Assembly (NCBI RefSeq): GCF_039654945.1
Contig: NW_027361792.1
Coordinates: forward strand, 4,092,001-4,156,000
DNA: 64,000 nt
Source: Dendrobates tinctorius
Taxonomy: Eukaryota
Direction of reading: 5' to 3'
Shown here: positions 50,632 through 64,000 of the stretch, in pieces
How positions within the stretch are numbered: the first letter of the stretch is position 1
How the letters are laid out: every line of letters starts with the position of its first letter
Notes under the pieces: model-generated
Databases searched by the model: none
What the model saw: the letters and a program-made list of their open reading frames with translations, nothing else
Told to the model about the DNA's origin: nothing
Position numbers and translations under genes: made by a program

Positions 50632-51849
50632 CACTCACTGGCCACTTTATTAGGTACACCATGCTAGTAAGGGGTTGGACCCCCTTTTGCCTTCAGAACT
50701 GCCTCAATTCTTCGTGGCAGAGATTCAACAAGGTGCTGGAAGCATTCCTCAGAGATTTTGGACCATATTGACATGATGGCATCACACAGTTGGCGCAGAT
50801 TTGTCGGCTGCACATCCCTGATGCGAATCTCCCGTTCCACCACATCCCAAAGATGCTCTATTGGATTGAGATCTGGTGAATGAGGAGGCCATTTGAGTAC
50901 AGTAAACTCATTGTCATGTTCAAGAAACCAATCTGAGATGATTCGAGCTTTATGACATGGCGCATTATCCTGCTGAAAGTAGCCATCAGATGTTGGGTAC
51001 ATTGTGGTCAAGGGATGGACATGGTCAGCAACAATACTCAGGTAGGCTGTGGCGTTGCAACGATGCTCAATTGGTACCAAGGGGCCCAAAGAGTGCCCAG
51101 AAAAAATTCCCCACACCATGACACCACCACCACCAGCCTGAACCGTTGATACAAGGCAGGATGGATCCATGCTTTCATGTTGTTTACGCCAAATTCTGAC
51201 CCTACCATCCGAATGTCGCAGCAGAAATCGAGACTCATCAGACCAGGCAACGTTTTTCCAATCTTCTACTGTCCAATTTCGATGAGCTTGTGCAAATTGT
51301 AGCCTCAGTTTCCTGTTCTTAGCTGAGAGGAGTGGTACCCAGTGTGGTCTTCTGCTGCTGTAGCCCATCTGCCTCAAAGTTCGACGCACTGTGCGTTCAG
51401 AGATGCTCTTCTGCCTACCTTGGTTGTAACGGGTGGCAATTTGAGTCACTGTTGCCTTTCTATCAGCTCGAACCAGTCTGCCCATTCTCCTCTGACCTCT
51501 GGCATCAACATGGCATTTCCGGCCACAGAACTGCCGCTCACTGGATTTTTTTTCTTTTTCGGACCATTCTCTGTAAACCCTAGAGATGGTTGTGCGTGAA
51601 AATCCCAGTAGATCAGCAGTTTCTGAAATTCTCAGACCAGCCCTTCTGGCACCAACAATCATGCCACGTTCAAAGGCACTCAAATCACCTTTCTTCCCCA
51701 TACTGATGCTCGGTTTGAACTGCAGGAGATTGTCTTGACCATGTCTACATGCCTAAATGCACTGAGTTGCCGCCATGTGATTGGCTGATTAGAAATTAAG
51801 TCTTAACACACAGTTGGACAGGTGTACCTAATAAAGTGGCCAGTGAGTG
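50632..51849 (-). mobile_element. Tc1/mariner DNA transposon, DD36E (Incomer-type), full length
   Basis: Perfect 29-bp TIRs CACTCACTGGCCACTTTATTAGGTACACC, TA TSD, 1218 bp total. Confidence 0.95.
50664..51701 (-). CDS. Tc1-family transposase, 345 aa, DD36E
   Basis: Paired-like [19 protein letters not shown] and [11 protein letters not shown]. There are 36 residues between the second D and the E. Confidence 0.92.
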   Translation of the reverse strand: MGKKGDLSAFERGMIVGARRAGLRISETADLLGFSRTTISRVYREWSEKEKKSSERQFCGRKCHVDARGQRRMGRLVRADRKATVTQIATRYNQGRQKSISERTVRRTLRQMGYSSRRPHWVPLLSAKNRKLRLQFAQAHRNWTVEDWKNVAWSDESRFLLRHSDGRVRIWRKQHESMDPSCLVSTVQAGGGGVMVWGIFSGHSLGPLVPIEHRCNATAYLSIVADHVHPLTTMYPTSDGYFQQDNAPCHKARIISDWFLEHDNEFTVLKWPPHSPDLNPIEHLWDVVEREIRIRDVQPTNLRQLCDAIMSIWSKISEECFQHLVESLPRRIEAVLKAKGGPTPY

Positions 51850-53054
51850 TATATAGTATCAATACAAGGCTTAGTACATTTATAGAGTACAACCCAAAAT
51901 GAATACAGACTACACAACATACCCCCACTCATCATAAAGAACCTAAGCCAGATCCATCTTTAATATACATCACAAGCCAGACTGTCAGCGTAAAGACCCC
52001 CCTGACCAAACACTGTCCAAACATTACATATTTACAGTCCCCAGACTATCCCTCAAACTTGGTTAATGCCTCGGAGGTAGTCTGCACACTTTTCTCTGGT
52101 GTTTTTATAAGGTATTTTGGAGTTTTATAAACCCCACCTCGTGCACCCCTACAAAAAATGCACATGCAGACTGACACATAACCAGCACATATACTATATT
52201 ACTAGATACAACACACTCTTTGCTTACATTACATAGACAGCCCTCTTCAAAGGTCCTGCCCCTCTTCAAGTGGCAGTTTTGCCACAATAATAACTAAACT
52301 AAAAATAACTACATAAATGCCACTATTTTGATGCAAAGTACATAAAACCATGTCATTTCATGAGGTTTTTGCCAATTTTTGTGCAAAGTACTGCAAAACC
52401 ACAGGCAAACAAACATATGCAGAGCAATGCCTGGGGCCAAGTGGGCTCATTATAGTATCATATCAGCAATAGATACAATTTTGAACACATGAAGTGCAAA
52501 AGGAGTCTGAAAAAAAAAACCCCATAAAAAATAGATTTACGAACTTGGTGTACACAAATTCTTTCATCAAACCACTGATATTAAAGGATATCTGGAGGCA
52601 ATTGGGGTTGTTCACTTTGAGCAAACCCTGATCATGAGCCAATTATAATTAGCTGGTCTCATGGGGTCCTGCTGCTTGGAGTTCTGACAAATAGCTATTA
52701 TTTCTGAGAATTTCAATTGCGTAGAATTCCCCCTGCAGTGATCTAGCAGCCATTACCATGGGTTATGTTTATAGTGGTCACCTCCAGAATTAGATGTAGT
52801 TTTTTTGACCTGGTAATACAACGGGTCTTAAACAGTAAACCCCTCTAGTAGCATTATATGTGAAAATGGATTGTCTAAAGGACACTTTTTAAACAAAACA
52901 AAAACAAATATATATACATATATATCAAATTTCAAACAATAGGTTCCCTACTCACTTCCCACACTTACAAAACAAATAGGCTACTTACACACAAAGCATA
53001 TATTTACTACTCACATATTATACTATATACTGTATATACTTTAAAATCCCTCCT

Positions 53055-54237
<1,183 letters not shown>

Positions 54238-54844
54238 TATACCATATTCCTATGTTTTATAAGTGTTGATCTCACAAAAAAGGCAACAGCAAAGAATGTG
54301 GTGGGACTGTGGGGCCTGAGGAATACTAATGAATCCCTATGCTGATGTCAGGAATTGATCGCAATATGGCGAGCCAGTGCATGATGTAGCCAACAGCTGG
54401 TTCTGTTATACAATTGTGATTTAAATAGCCGAAATGGGAGCACTTGCCCAAGCAGGCTGAATCCCACCCATGCTTTTCCAATGGCATAGAGGGGGTTCAA
54501 GGCTTGAAATAAAGATCAGATCTCACTCTGCATATAAATGGATGAATATATAATATTATATCTGCCCGTTAGTCCCTGGGGCACAAAAAATAAGTGATCG
54601 CCTGCAGCTTCCCTCGCAAAGAATAGCTGATCATCAATGTGTTATTACTTAGAGAAGGAACCTTCTCATCTTTTCATGGTTTTCCTACTTTTATGATTGA
54701 TTTTTATTGTTATTCCATTAATGTGTGATCAGATCACCCAATTTGATCTATAAAATAGGGGGCTTTACAAGGGTATGTGTGACCACTCTGCATTAAAAAG
54801 GATAGAAGATAAAGAGTCAACTCAGGAGACGTAATACATCAGTT

Positions 54845-55103
54845 TAGAGTTGAGCGACTTTGGTCGGATCGGGTTTCGTGAAACCCGAATGAAACAAAAT
54901 AAGTTTCAGATGAAACTCGTCCGACTAGAGCAAAACAAAGTCGGAGTTTCGTCCGAAACCCGACCCCAATGCAAGTCAATGGGAAATAAAAGTCGGACGA
55001 AACTCCGACTTTTTTTGCTCTAGTCAGACGAGTTTCATCTGAAACTTATTTTGTTTCATTCGGGTTTCACGAAACCCGATCCGACCAAAGTCGCTCAACT
55101 CTA
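54845..55103. mobile_element. hAT-type palindromic MITE
   Basis: 8-bp TSD CATCAGTT and ~108-bp near-perfect inverted arms starting TAGAGTTGAGCG. Confidence 0.9.
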
Positions 55104-55123
55104 CATCAGTTAAAGGCTATGGG

Positions 55124-55960
55124 TGTCATGATCCATGCTGGATTGTGACAGAGAAAAGCACTTGTAACCTTTTTTTTTCTTTAAGCTGGTTGCTTAAAGT
55201 GAGTTTTGCCCTCGGTGGCCATTAGGGTCATTGCACTGTGGTGGTTTCAGTTCTAGTTTTGCCCCCAGTGGCCGTTAGGGTCAATGCACTCTGGTCACTT
55301 TAGTTTAGTGCACGTGATTATGAAGCAGGTGTGATTGCTGGCTCTTACCTATAAAAGAGTGTCAGGTGGTTGCAATCACGGTTGGTGATATTGCTCATTT
55401 CCAATCAAGACTGGTGAAGGAAGGAACTACAGAGAGAAGCTCAGGGGAGCACTGGTGTAAAGTCTGGTGAAGGAAGGAATTACAGAGAGGTGTTCCTTGC
55501 AGCTCTGACAAAGCTTGGAGAAGTAGCAGCTATTCTGAAGGAAAGCTGCATTCTGGTGGTGGACTCTGTTGCTGGGAGTAATAGCAACAGAGCAAAGCTA
55601 AGTGGTGTTATCCCTGTTTGTATATTTCCCTGGTGTGTATTAGAACAACGGTGGGGCCAGTGCTTGCACCACCCAGCTCCCTAGCAAGGGATAGGTGTAG
55701 GGTGTGCTAGGGTGACAGGTTCTGGCACGGCGACAGGTGAGGAGCCTGTATAGGGAACGTTAGGAGTGTGAGGGATACTGACTCAGTGGAGTGCAGGAGG
55801 TCTCCACGTCCCTGTTCCCTATCGCAGGGCCCACCATTGTAATTGTTTCCCCTTCCCCCGTGTCTTGTTGTTTTAGTTACCTGCCTGCGGGTCGTGTCAC
55901 ACAGGATAGTTACACGTGCCGTGTCTTGTTGTTTCAGTTACCGGCCTGCGGGTCGTGTCA
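55124..55960 (+). mobile_element. Probable solo LTR (sushi-like) with duplicated 3' end
   Basis: TGTCATGA...TCGTGTCA termini and TATAAAA at 55350. The terminal ~45 bp is duplicated (ends at 55899 and 55960). No TSD seen. Confidence 0.5.
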
Positions 55961-56558
55961 CACAGGACAGGTCCACGTGTCAATGGGCCTGATTCATCAA
56001 GCTTGTCTTGATGAGTGGGGCCCAAAGTGGCTTGTGCCTCCCCACGATCTCATTCCAGTCGTTCACCCAGGTCTAACTATTTTGTCAGAGCTCGGTAAAA
56101 ATGGCATGGAAACACTAAAAGTAGCACAAACTGGCATTGTGCAAAATATTTGCTACTTTCCACGGTTTTTTATGCCAGAATTTTGCCAAAAAAAAGCTTT
56201 GCTGAATCAGAGCTATTGTCTCTTCTCAGCAACCTCTTATGTTCTTTACCAAGATAAGACACTGCAAGGGGAGTCTGGCAGGGTCTTTCACTGAGCTTCA
56301 GTATTTGGTCAGTATTTTACATCAGTATTTTGAAGCCAAAACCAGGAGTGGATGATAAATACAGAAGTGGTGACGGGTTTCTATTATACTTTTCCTCTGA
56401 TTGATCCAACCATGGTTTTGGCTACAAATACTGATGTAAAATACTGACCAAATACTGGACGTGTGAACATGGCCTTAGCGTTCCTGTGTATGTGAATTGG
56501 AATACATAGGCGTTAGTCAAATGATCAGTGATTAATGTGCACGGTGGCCTTAAAACAA

Positions 56559-56643
56559 GGGGCAACACGGTGGCTCAGTGGATAGCAAACTGTAAAGCGC
56601 TGCGGAATATTTTAGCGCTATATAAAAATAAAGATTATTATTA
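56559..56643 (+). mobile_element. Internally deleted V-SINE
   Basis: The SINE head (A box) is joined directly to the SINE tail at GCA. Confidence 0.7.
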
Positions 56644-58913
56644 AAGAGCTACACCTCCCATCATACGCCGGCTTGATATGAGTAAGTTTATCACCTGCAG
56701 AGCGAGATTCCCAGATTACAGACCTCTGCAGTATAATATTCCAGCATTGTCTTTTACTTCCAGTTTTCATCATCTCATTCATGAACTTCACGGATATTTC
56801 TGGAGATAGTTATTTCTTTTGCTATTTTTATGTTTGTTTTGCTGTAGATTTGTTACAGCCTTTTTTTAGCTCATTCTATAACTTGAAACCTTTTAACTGC
56901 AACATTATTTATGCCTAAAATTCCCCAAATATCCTGGGACTGAAAAGAGGATGTGAACTGCATAATTGTAGCATTAACCCTTTAGTAACACTGGGACCCT
57001 ACAGTGTTTTCTTTTAGTGTGTCATGTGATAGTCAATCACTACTGGATTGTAATTAAAGGGACACTACCCTTAAAGAAGGATTTCCTAGTCTGGAATGAC
57101 ACATTTCTGATAAATTAACCCACATGTCACATAGACATTCATTTCTATGTCTAGAATTTCAATAATCTATTGATTTGCTATTCTGGGTCACCGAGGTAGG
57201 CTCAAGAAAAAAATCAGTCTCCTTCCCCCTCTGGCAGCTGACATTATAGTCCATTTTTTCTTCACTGGGTGTATATTCAGGATCAGTGAAAGATAATTTA
57301 CAAAGTAACTCAAATCTTTGATTGAAAATGATCGTATTGAATTAAAAAGTACTACATTTCAAGGAATATGAGGTTGCTTGTCAGCATTCTTCAACTATAT
57401 TTTTTGGCATTTCTGATGATGTTCAAGATTTTGTTTTGCAGGCATTCAATAGGCTCCTTCATGGTTTACTATAAATATCTTTGTTCTGATCATGTCATGG
57501 TCATAGGACAGATTTTTATTCAATGGAAGTAAACAATGAAGGTTTCTATTGCATGACAGCAAGCAGAGGTCTTCAAAACCATAAGGGCGTCATATAGCAA
57601 ATATAGAACAAAACTGTAAAACTTTTCAAAACTCTTCCAGAAACGTAAACAATAAAACCCCAAATCATTTCTTTACTCCAACTTTAGTACCCCTTTAATG
57701 TACCTATAAGTACCTATAAATGTCATCACAGACTTTACAGAAACATTATTGTTGTGGGCGAGTTTTTATGGCATTTTTTTTTTATTTTGCACTTTTCAAA
57801 TAACTTTTTCTATGGTTCTTGAGAAACACCAGAAAAAAAAAGCATAAGGCTGAGTGCACACGCTGCGGATTAGGTGCGGATTCATCCGCGCAGATTTTGT
57901 AAAATCCGCAGGTGAAACCGCAGGTCAAAATACCTGCGGTTTTACCTGCGGATTGCTCTGCGGTTTTGCCCTGCGGTTTTTCATCTTCTCAATGGAGGAG
58001 ATGGCAAACCGCAGCGGAATCCGCAGAAAGAATTGACATGTCAATTCTTTCTGCGGATTAAAAACCGCAGATAATCCAAGCGGAATATTTTTATGGGGTG
58101 AATTCTGTGCCAAAAATAGTTAAAAAATTATTACAATCTGATAGCAACAAGAGCCTATAGTGTACGTCATGTGGTGGAACAAGCATCATGTCGCTCATTT
58201 TTTCCACTTGTAAATTGCAGCAAAATGTGCATTTTAGTTAGGATTTTAAAGCAGATTTTTATTTTTTTTTTTTAAATGCACCAAAACCGCAAAACTTTTG
58301 CTTCACTCAATATATTGACATTAAAAGTGCTACAAAAATCAATGAGAAAATGAGTTAAAGCTGCTTGTTGTTACAAATCTGCTCCAAAAACCACACACAC
58401 AGTATTTAGTGTGGATTTTACTGCGTGAAAAATCCACATAAAAATAATTTAGCGTAAACATATCCTAAGTTTTTTTATTTTTTTTATATAGGTGGATTAT
58501 ACTTGGTTGCCCAATAATTTGGGTGTTGAGTTTATGTAATCATTTCTGGAAGCATATACTAATTGTGACATTCACCTGTCACAGCAAACAAGGTGTCCCC
58601 ATCCCAAAAGTTTTCCACTTTGTAGGAAGGAGGGCTGCCCTTCAGTAAACAAATATGTGATTTAATTAGCCCTTTGCTGACTAATTCACTGTGACAATTA
58701 ATTTCCCAGGGGGACTCGACTTGACACGAGCTGCTGGGCAGAGCGAGGAGGATGAGGAGAGGCTGAGCTTTGGGAGAGCAGGTTTTTTAGAGGCGGGGGA
58801 GACACAGCCTGAGATCACTGCCTCAGTTGGATGTTGTACTCTTGTGTCTTGCAGACCAGCACATTGCATGTGGAAGCTTGAAGGTTCAGCCTGGAGAAAG
58901 TTTACATGACACC

Positions 58914-59021
58914 ATGAAGGAGAATGACAAGTACCATGTCTCTTCTGACGAGGAGAAAGGCATCCACATCATCAACATCAAAGCCATCGAAGACATCGGC
59001 TACATCCAACCAGACACCTTG
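58914..59021 (+). CDS. First coding exon of a host gene (MKENDKYHVSSDEEKGIHIINIKAIEDIGYIQPDTL), possibly ABCC12/ABCC11-like
   Basis: Kozak ACCATG, upstream acceptor TTGTGTCTTGCAG (~58854), phase-0 donor TTG|GTAAGT, coding-like composition, unique sequence. The family guess rests only on weak N-terminal resemblance. Confidence 0.6.
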
Positions 59022-59999
59022 GTAAGTGGCAGATGTTCTGCCGCCGTCACATAACATATGCCACCACCAAGCTGTAGATCATATCATGGCAGCTGGATAA
59101 CAACCCCATAGGGAATTTTACTGTACGCCCGTCAACCCCTTCCTATGAAATTCTGAGAATTTCGATGCGTTAGTTTTCATTTCTGCAGAGATATGTCAAA
59201 AGTTGTGCTAGTATAATGACCTGACTTTGATACGCATGTGTTTGGACATTGTAATTTATATTATGCCCTTACAATTGCAAAAAAAAAAATGCAACTGTTA
59301 CTAGGCGGTATGTAATTTTTCAAGCATTTGTATCAATGATGGAACAGATGATTATACTCTTCTCTTGGAATATATTAGGCTTTGATTTGCTCATTAGACT
59401 TTAATCTTTTTTTTGTAAATTCCTTACTTAAACATTTCAAATTAATTTGATACTTAGAAACTTACCCCCAAAAAAGATGAAACGTAGAAAGAAAGAAAGG
59501 CTGGTCTTGGAGGTGAAATGTAGAGGGAACCCAGTGTAAAGATAAACTTTACCTGCAGCCCTACGGAAAATAAAAACATGAGTTATAACAACTGGCAGCC
59601 TCCAATCTGCCGTATTAATCAGTGAGCTGCAGGAGTACAGGTTATGGATCTGGAAGGGTTAAAAATACTTCTTCGAGAATCCCAAAGATCCCAGTGAAGA
59701 ATACCCCAAAAATAGATTGTCCCCTGCTAGCAGAATATAATAATCTGATTATCAGATGCCCAACAGTTGTCCTCTCCACTGCCAAAAAGTTTGCACTGGC
59801 TAAAGGACAAGAAAGTGTTTCATACAGGCGTATGGGGGGTAAATTAGGAAAGCTTCCTAATTGGTTAAATGTATTAATGCGGTGGGAAGTATTATAATGT
59901 AGTGATCCAAATTTTTAATAATATTATCTGGACTGCATGGCCATAATCATGGGGCTATAAAAATGTGATAAGCTCAGTTCTGTCGGATTACATCACCAG

Positions 60000-62015
60000 T
60001 GCCATGCTTGAACTTAAAGCTACCAGCTCAGGTCTCCCCAGTGCCAGTACCAGCTCAGGTCTCCCCAGTGCCAGTACCAGCTCGGGTCTCCCCAGTGCCA
60101 GTACCAGCTCGGGTCCCCCCAGTATCAGCACCAGTGTAGTAGGGTGGGCCGGGCTGGGGGGTGGTCCCCTGCTCACCGCGAACAGACGATAAGACACGAG
60201 ACGGAGGCAGATTTTTAGGTACAACAGGTCCGAGTTTATTGGCCGTCTTCCTGACAACCTCAGCAATCCACCGCAGCACTACCACAGCTCTCCGTATTCA
60301 GGCCCGGGTACCTGCACTTCTCTTCTGTTCGTAGTGACATTTCTTTACGGCTCAACTACTGGGGCTGCCCTAGGCCTTTCCACCGCCAGCACTTCATCGG
60401 TCAGAGGTCGTCGTCAATTTGGTACCCCCGGGGCCTCGTCTGTTCTGCTCTGCGGTTCTTTGTGTCAGGGCCACCCCCCTGACTTCCCTTCTCCTCAGTC
60501 CCCTTAGTTAAGCTCTCCACACAGCACACACTCCGTCACAGACTCATCTCCTCTTGAGCTCTTCCCGGGACTGGAACTTTCTGGAACCCTCCTGTCCTAT
60601 TTATAACTTTCCCGGTTCCCTATAACTCCGCCCCCCATGACCAACAGTTTCTCTAGCCATAAGCTGCTGTCAAGTCCTAAACTCACACTCCCCTGCCATC
60701 TTGTGGTCAACCCAAGATACTGCACTCAATCTACACTTTTCCCAGATGTTTCCCTAGTGTAATTACAAACATACGCCTACAGTGCACAAACCATCCCTTC
60801 TTCTTGCTGACAAGTCCATCCGTCAGGTCACCTTCCTCACACTCCCCTTCCTTTGTCTATTGTCGTCCTCAACAATCGTATTCCCTACCTTCGTCGTTCT
60901 GAAGCTTTCCTACTGTCAGTTGTCGGACTGGTTGTTGGGCTAACCCCGCCATACGCGGGGGCCGAACCAAAACGGGAGCACCATGCTCCGAGCAGCCTAC
61001 TGCTACTCGCCGGTGCGCACGCCACCTGCACAAACCATCCCTTCTGCTTGCTGACAAGTCCGTCAGGTCACCTTCCCCACACCAGTTCGGGTCTCCCCAG
61101 TACCAGCACCAGCTCGGGTCTTCCCAGTACCAGCTCGGGTCTACCCAGTACCAGCAATAGCTGGGGTCAACCCAGCACCAGCTAGAGTCTCCCCAGTACC
61201 AGTAGCGGCTCGGGTCTCCCCAGTACCAGTAGCGGCTCAGGTCTCCTCAGTACCAGTAGCGGCTCAGGTCTCCTCAGTACCAGTAGCGGCTCAGGTCTCC
61301 CCAGTACCAGTAGCGGCTCGGGTCTCCCCAGTACTAGTACCGGCTCGGGTCTCCCCAGTACTAGTACCGGCTCGGGTATCCCCAGTACTAGTACCGGCTC
61401 GGGTATCCCCAGTACTAGTACCGGCTCGGGTATCCCCAGCACTAGTACCGGCTCGGGTATCCCCAGTACCGGCTCGGGTATCCCCAGCACTAGTACCGGC
61501 TCGGATCTCCCCAGTACCAGCTCGGGTATCCCCAGTGCTAGTACCGGCTCGGGTATCCCCAGTACTAGTACCGGCTCGGGTATCCCCAGTACAGGCTTGG
61601 GTATCCCCAGCACAGGCTTGGGTATCCCCAGCACTAGTACCGGCTCGCGTATCCTCAGTACCAGCAACAGCTCGGATCTCCCCAGTACCGGCTCGGGTAT
61701 CCCCAGTACTAGTACCGGCTCGGGTATCCCCAGTACTAGTACCGGCTCGGATCTCCCCAGTACTGGCTTGGGTATCCCCAGCACTAGTACCGGCTCGGGT
61801 ATCCCCAGTACCAGCAACAGCTCGGATCTCCCCAGTACCGGATCGGGTATCCCCAGTACTAGTACCGGCTCGGGTATCCTCAGTACTAGTACCTGCTCGG
61901 GTATCCCCCAGTACTAGTACCAGCTTGGGTATCCCTACTACCAGATCGGGTCTCCCCATTACCAGTACCAGCTCAGGTCTCCCCTCTACCAGCTCTGGTC
62001 TCCCCAGTAACAGTA
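60000..62015 (+). repeat. 21-27-bp minisatellite (CCCAGTACCAGCTCGGGT(C/A)TC), interrupted by an LTR element
   Basis: Tandem units at 60020-60134 and 61082-62015. Confidence 0.85.
60135..61081 (-). mobile_element. Internally deleted LTR element (5' LTR stub, PPT, complete 3' LTR)
   Basis: TSD CCAG on both sides. The LTR start is repeated at 61081 and 60841. A purine tract (PPT) lies at 60842-60854 on the - strand. Confidence 0.7.
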
Positions 62016-63162
62016 CCGGGGTATACCATGTGGCTTCTACAGGGTCCTAATCCCTTAATTAAGACTCCTCTCCTGGCTCAAAAAAAAAAATTGGCCTTAT
62101 GGTAACGTAGATGTTGGGGGAAAAACAACCACCCATCCCTTGTGTCCTAAATGGCAAAAGCCAACACTGACTAGGTTGGGCCCTAGTATGATCTTGGGGC
62201 CACTTCATATGGAGATGACAATCTAATTTCCACTTTTGGAAATAAATTTCCATAAGGTCTTTTCCTTTTTCGCAAAACCACAACACCCTTAATGTCCCAC
62301 CCCCGGGACACGTAGGCAAAGTCTGATGTCACAGTAGGTTAATAGCGTTGGGATGCTTTGAGTGCTTCCTCCTGGAAATCTCTCTTTTTTTTCTGGGACC
62401 CTTCAGGACATTTTGGGGGCATTTTAATAGTATTCTCCACTCCCAGACACATAATGGGTGCAGTTTCATAGGAAAACAATCAGATTTCCGGAGTAAAGAT
62501 TTGACCTAGGATCACTACTCTGCTAGGGTGCTTGTGAATTACTGCGTCATCCATGCGGTTCGGCTGATATAATAAAGGAGGCATCTTAGAATAAATACAG
62601 TCTTCCTATGTGGTCTCTACCTGTGCACCCCTATAGATACAGCCCTGCTAATAGTTGGGTGCTTTACATGGCGTCTGCAGGTGTTTCTGGGACTCGGGCT
62701 GTGCCGCCTCCTCTTGTGTCAATATGTACAAACGTATTTTATATCCTGGCACTTGTAAAGCATTTATAACATCCCGGACAATCTACCATCCACAGGAGCC
62801 ACGCAGTTATAGGGCTCTATTGTTATCAACGGCTTCTGGCTAAATAAAATCTTAGGAGGGCATAAATGATGGTATTTGTTTATAGTCTGTCACCATGGTG
62901 ACTCATAATTCTGTACTGGAGCTGTATTACAAGATGGTAATAAATTTATCAAGGCTATCTGAAAGTTTGCATCCTTTTTTTTTAACTTTAGGGGCATAAT
63001 TTCCAAACCTGTAGATATCCTTAAACCCCTTTAAGTGGGTTGACAATGTGTTTTGTGATTTCATTCTCTGATTCCTCTTCTTCGAAGAGCCAAAAGTTTT
63101 TTTTTGTTTTTCCATTAACAAAGTCGGACAGATGAAGTTTTGAATGCCACCATTCACTTTAC

Positions 63163-63452
63163 TAGCGATGAGTGATCAGTTCGCGGGACTCCGGATCCAT
63201 CAGCCGGATCAGTAGTCTCCAACCGCCGGACGGGGGTTCTGCAAATCCTCAGCGTGGCTTTGTATCAGCCAGGTTTGGTGTGACGCCATCATCGCAGCAT
63301 GACACACAGATGATGTCTCGTCAGCCCCTGCTATTCAAAAGCCACGCCGGGGATCCTGCATGGTGAGAGATCTGCAGAGATCCTGTACTGCGGCCAGAGA
63401 CTACTGACCTGACCAATGAAACAGAGTCACACAAATAGATCCGCCATCTCTA
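63163..63452. mobile_element. hAT-type MITE, degenerate
   Basis: TAG(C/A)GATG termini and 8-bp TSD CACTTTAC/CACTTCAC. Confidence 0.65.
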
Positions 63453-63795
63453 CACTTCACCATATAATGTACTGGCAGACAGAAAAACTATTCCAAGAGT
63501 AATGGAAATAATTTGCCATCGTCTTTGGGGTTTTGTTTTACAGTGATCACTGTGTGGTAAAAATGACCTGGCGGCACCATTTACCAGGTCAGTACGATTA
63601 CAACGATACCAAACTCATACAGGATTTTTCATTGTTTTAGTGGGTTAAAAAAAATAAAACTTTTGGTGCCTCAAATTTCTAAGATCCGTTTTTTCTTTTT
63701 TTATTTTTAATTCAATGGAGCTTTTATTGGTACTATTTTGAAGTACATGCAATGTTTTGATCACTTATTATTGCATTTTTTTTTTGAGGGGAGGC

Positions 63796-64000
63796 CATAT
63801 TTACCTCATATCCATCTTTCAACCTCATTCATCCACATCCCTCATATTCACCTCATATCAATCCATGTCCCTCATATTCATATTTCCATCATATTTACCT
63901 CATATCTATCCACGGCCCACATATTTACCTCATACTAATCCATGTCCCTCATATTTACCTCAGACCCATTTCCCTCATATTTACCTCAAATCCATCCACG
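63796..64000 (+). repeat. Minisatellite (ATCCATGTCCCTCATATTTACCTCAT)
   Basis: Repeated CATATTTACCTCA / ATCCA units up to the window end. Confidence 0.75.

Noticed and set aside
61182-62050. ORFs rich in GIPEPVLVL / GDTRAGTST
   Set aside because: Minisatellite translations.

Overview
This is non-genic, repeat-dominated vertebrate DNA. The transposon repertoire (TTAA-targeting T2/Kolobok-type MITEs, V-SINE, L2, CR1, amphibian-type L1, Tc1) points to a frog genome (inference). The large elements are a full-length decayed L1 (16009-21867, -), a young Tf1/sushi-type chromovirus Gypsy element (33133-41132, +) sitting in a 15-bp satellite, and a near-intact DD36E (Incomer-type) Tc1 (50632-51849). 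There are also several solo LTRs, many MITEs and minisatellites, and one convincing host coding exon (58914-59021, weakly ABCC12-like). The most interesting signal is non-coding: two different small ribozyme-bearing tandem retroelements. (1) An array of ~2.7 copies of a 344-nt monomer, with three minimal type I hammerhead ribozymes on the - strand, has inserted with a 10-bp TSD into the gag zinc knuckle of the Gypsy element and was later hit by a CR1. It looks like a recently mobile anuran retrozyme. (2) A ~420-nt-monomer insertion with a 15-bp TSD and a fold-back end (4428-5080) contains a CPEB3/HDV-like double pseudoknot on the - strand, a candidate HDV-ribozyme retrozyme. Further degenerate Penelope-type hammerheads cluster at 25-27 kb. 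All folds were derived by hand and are untested.
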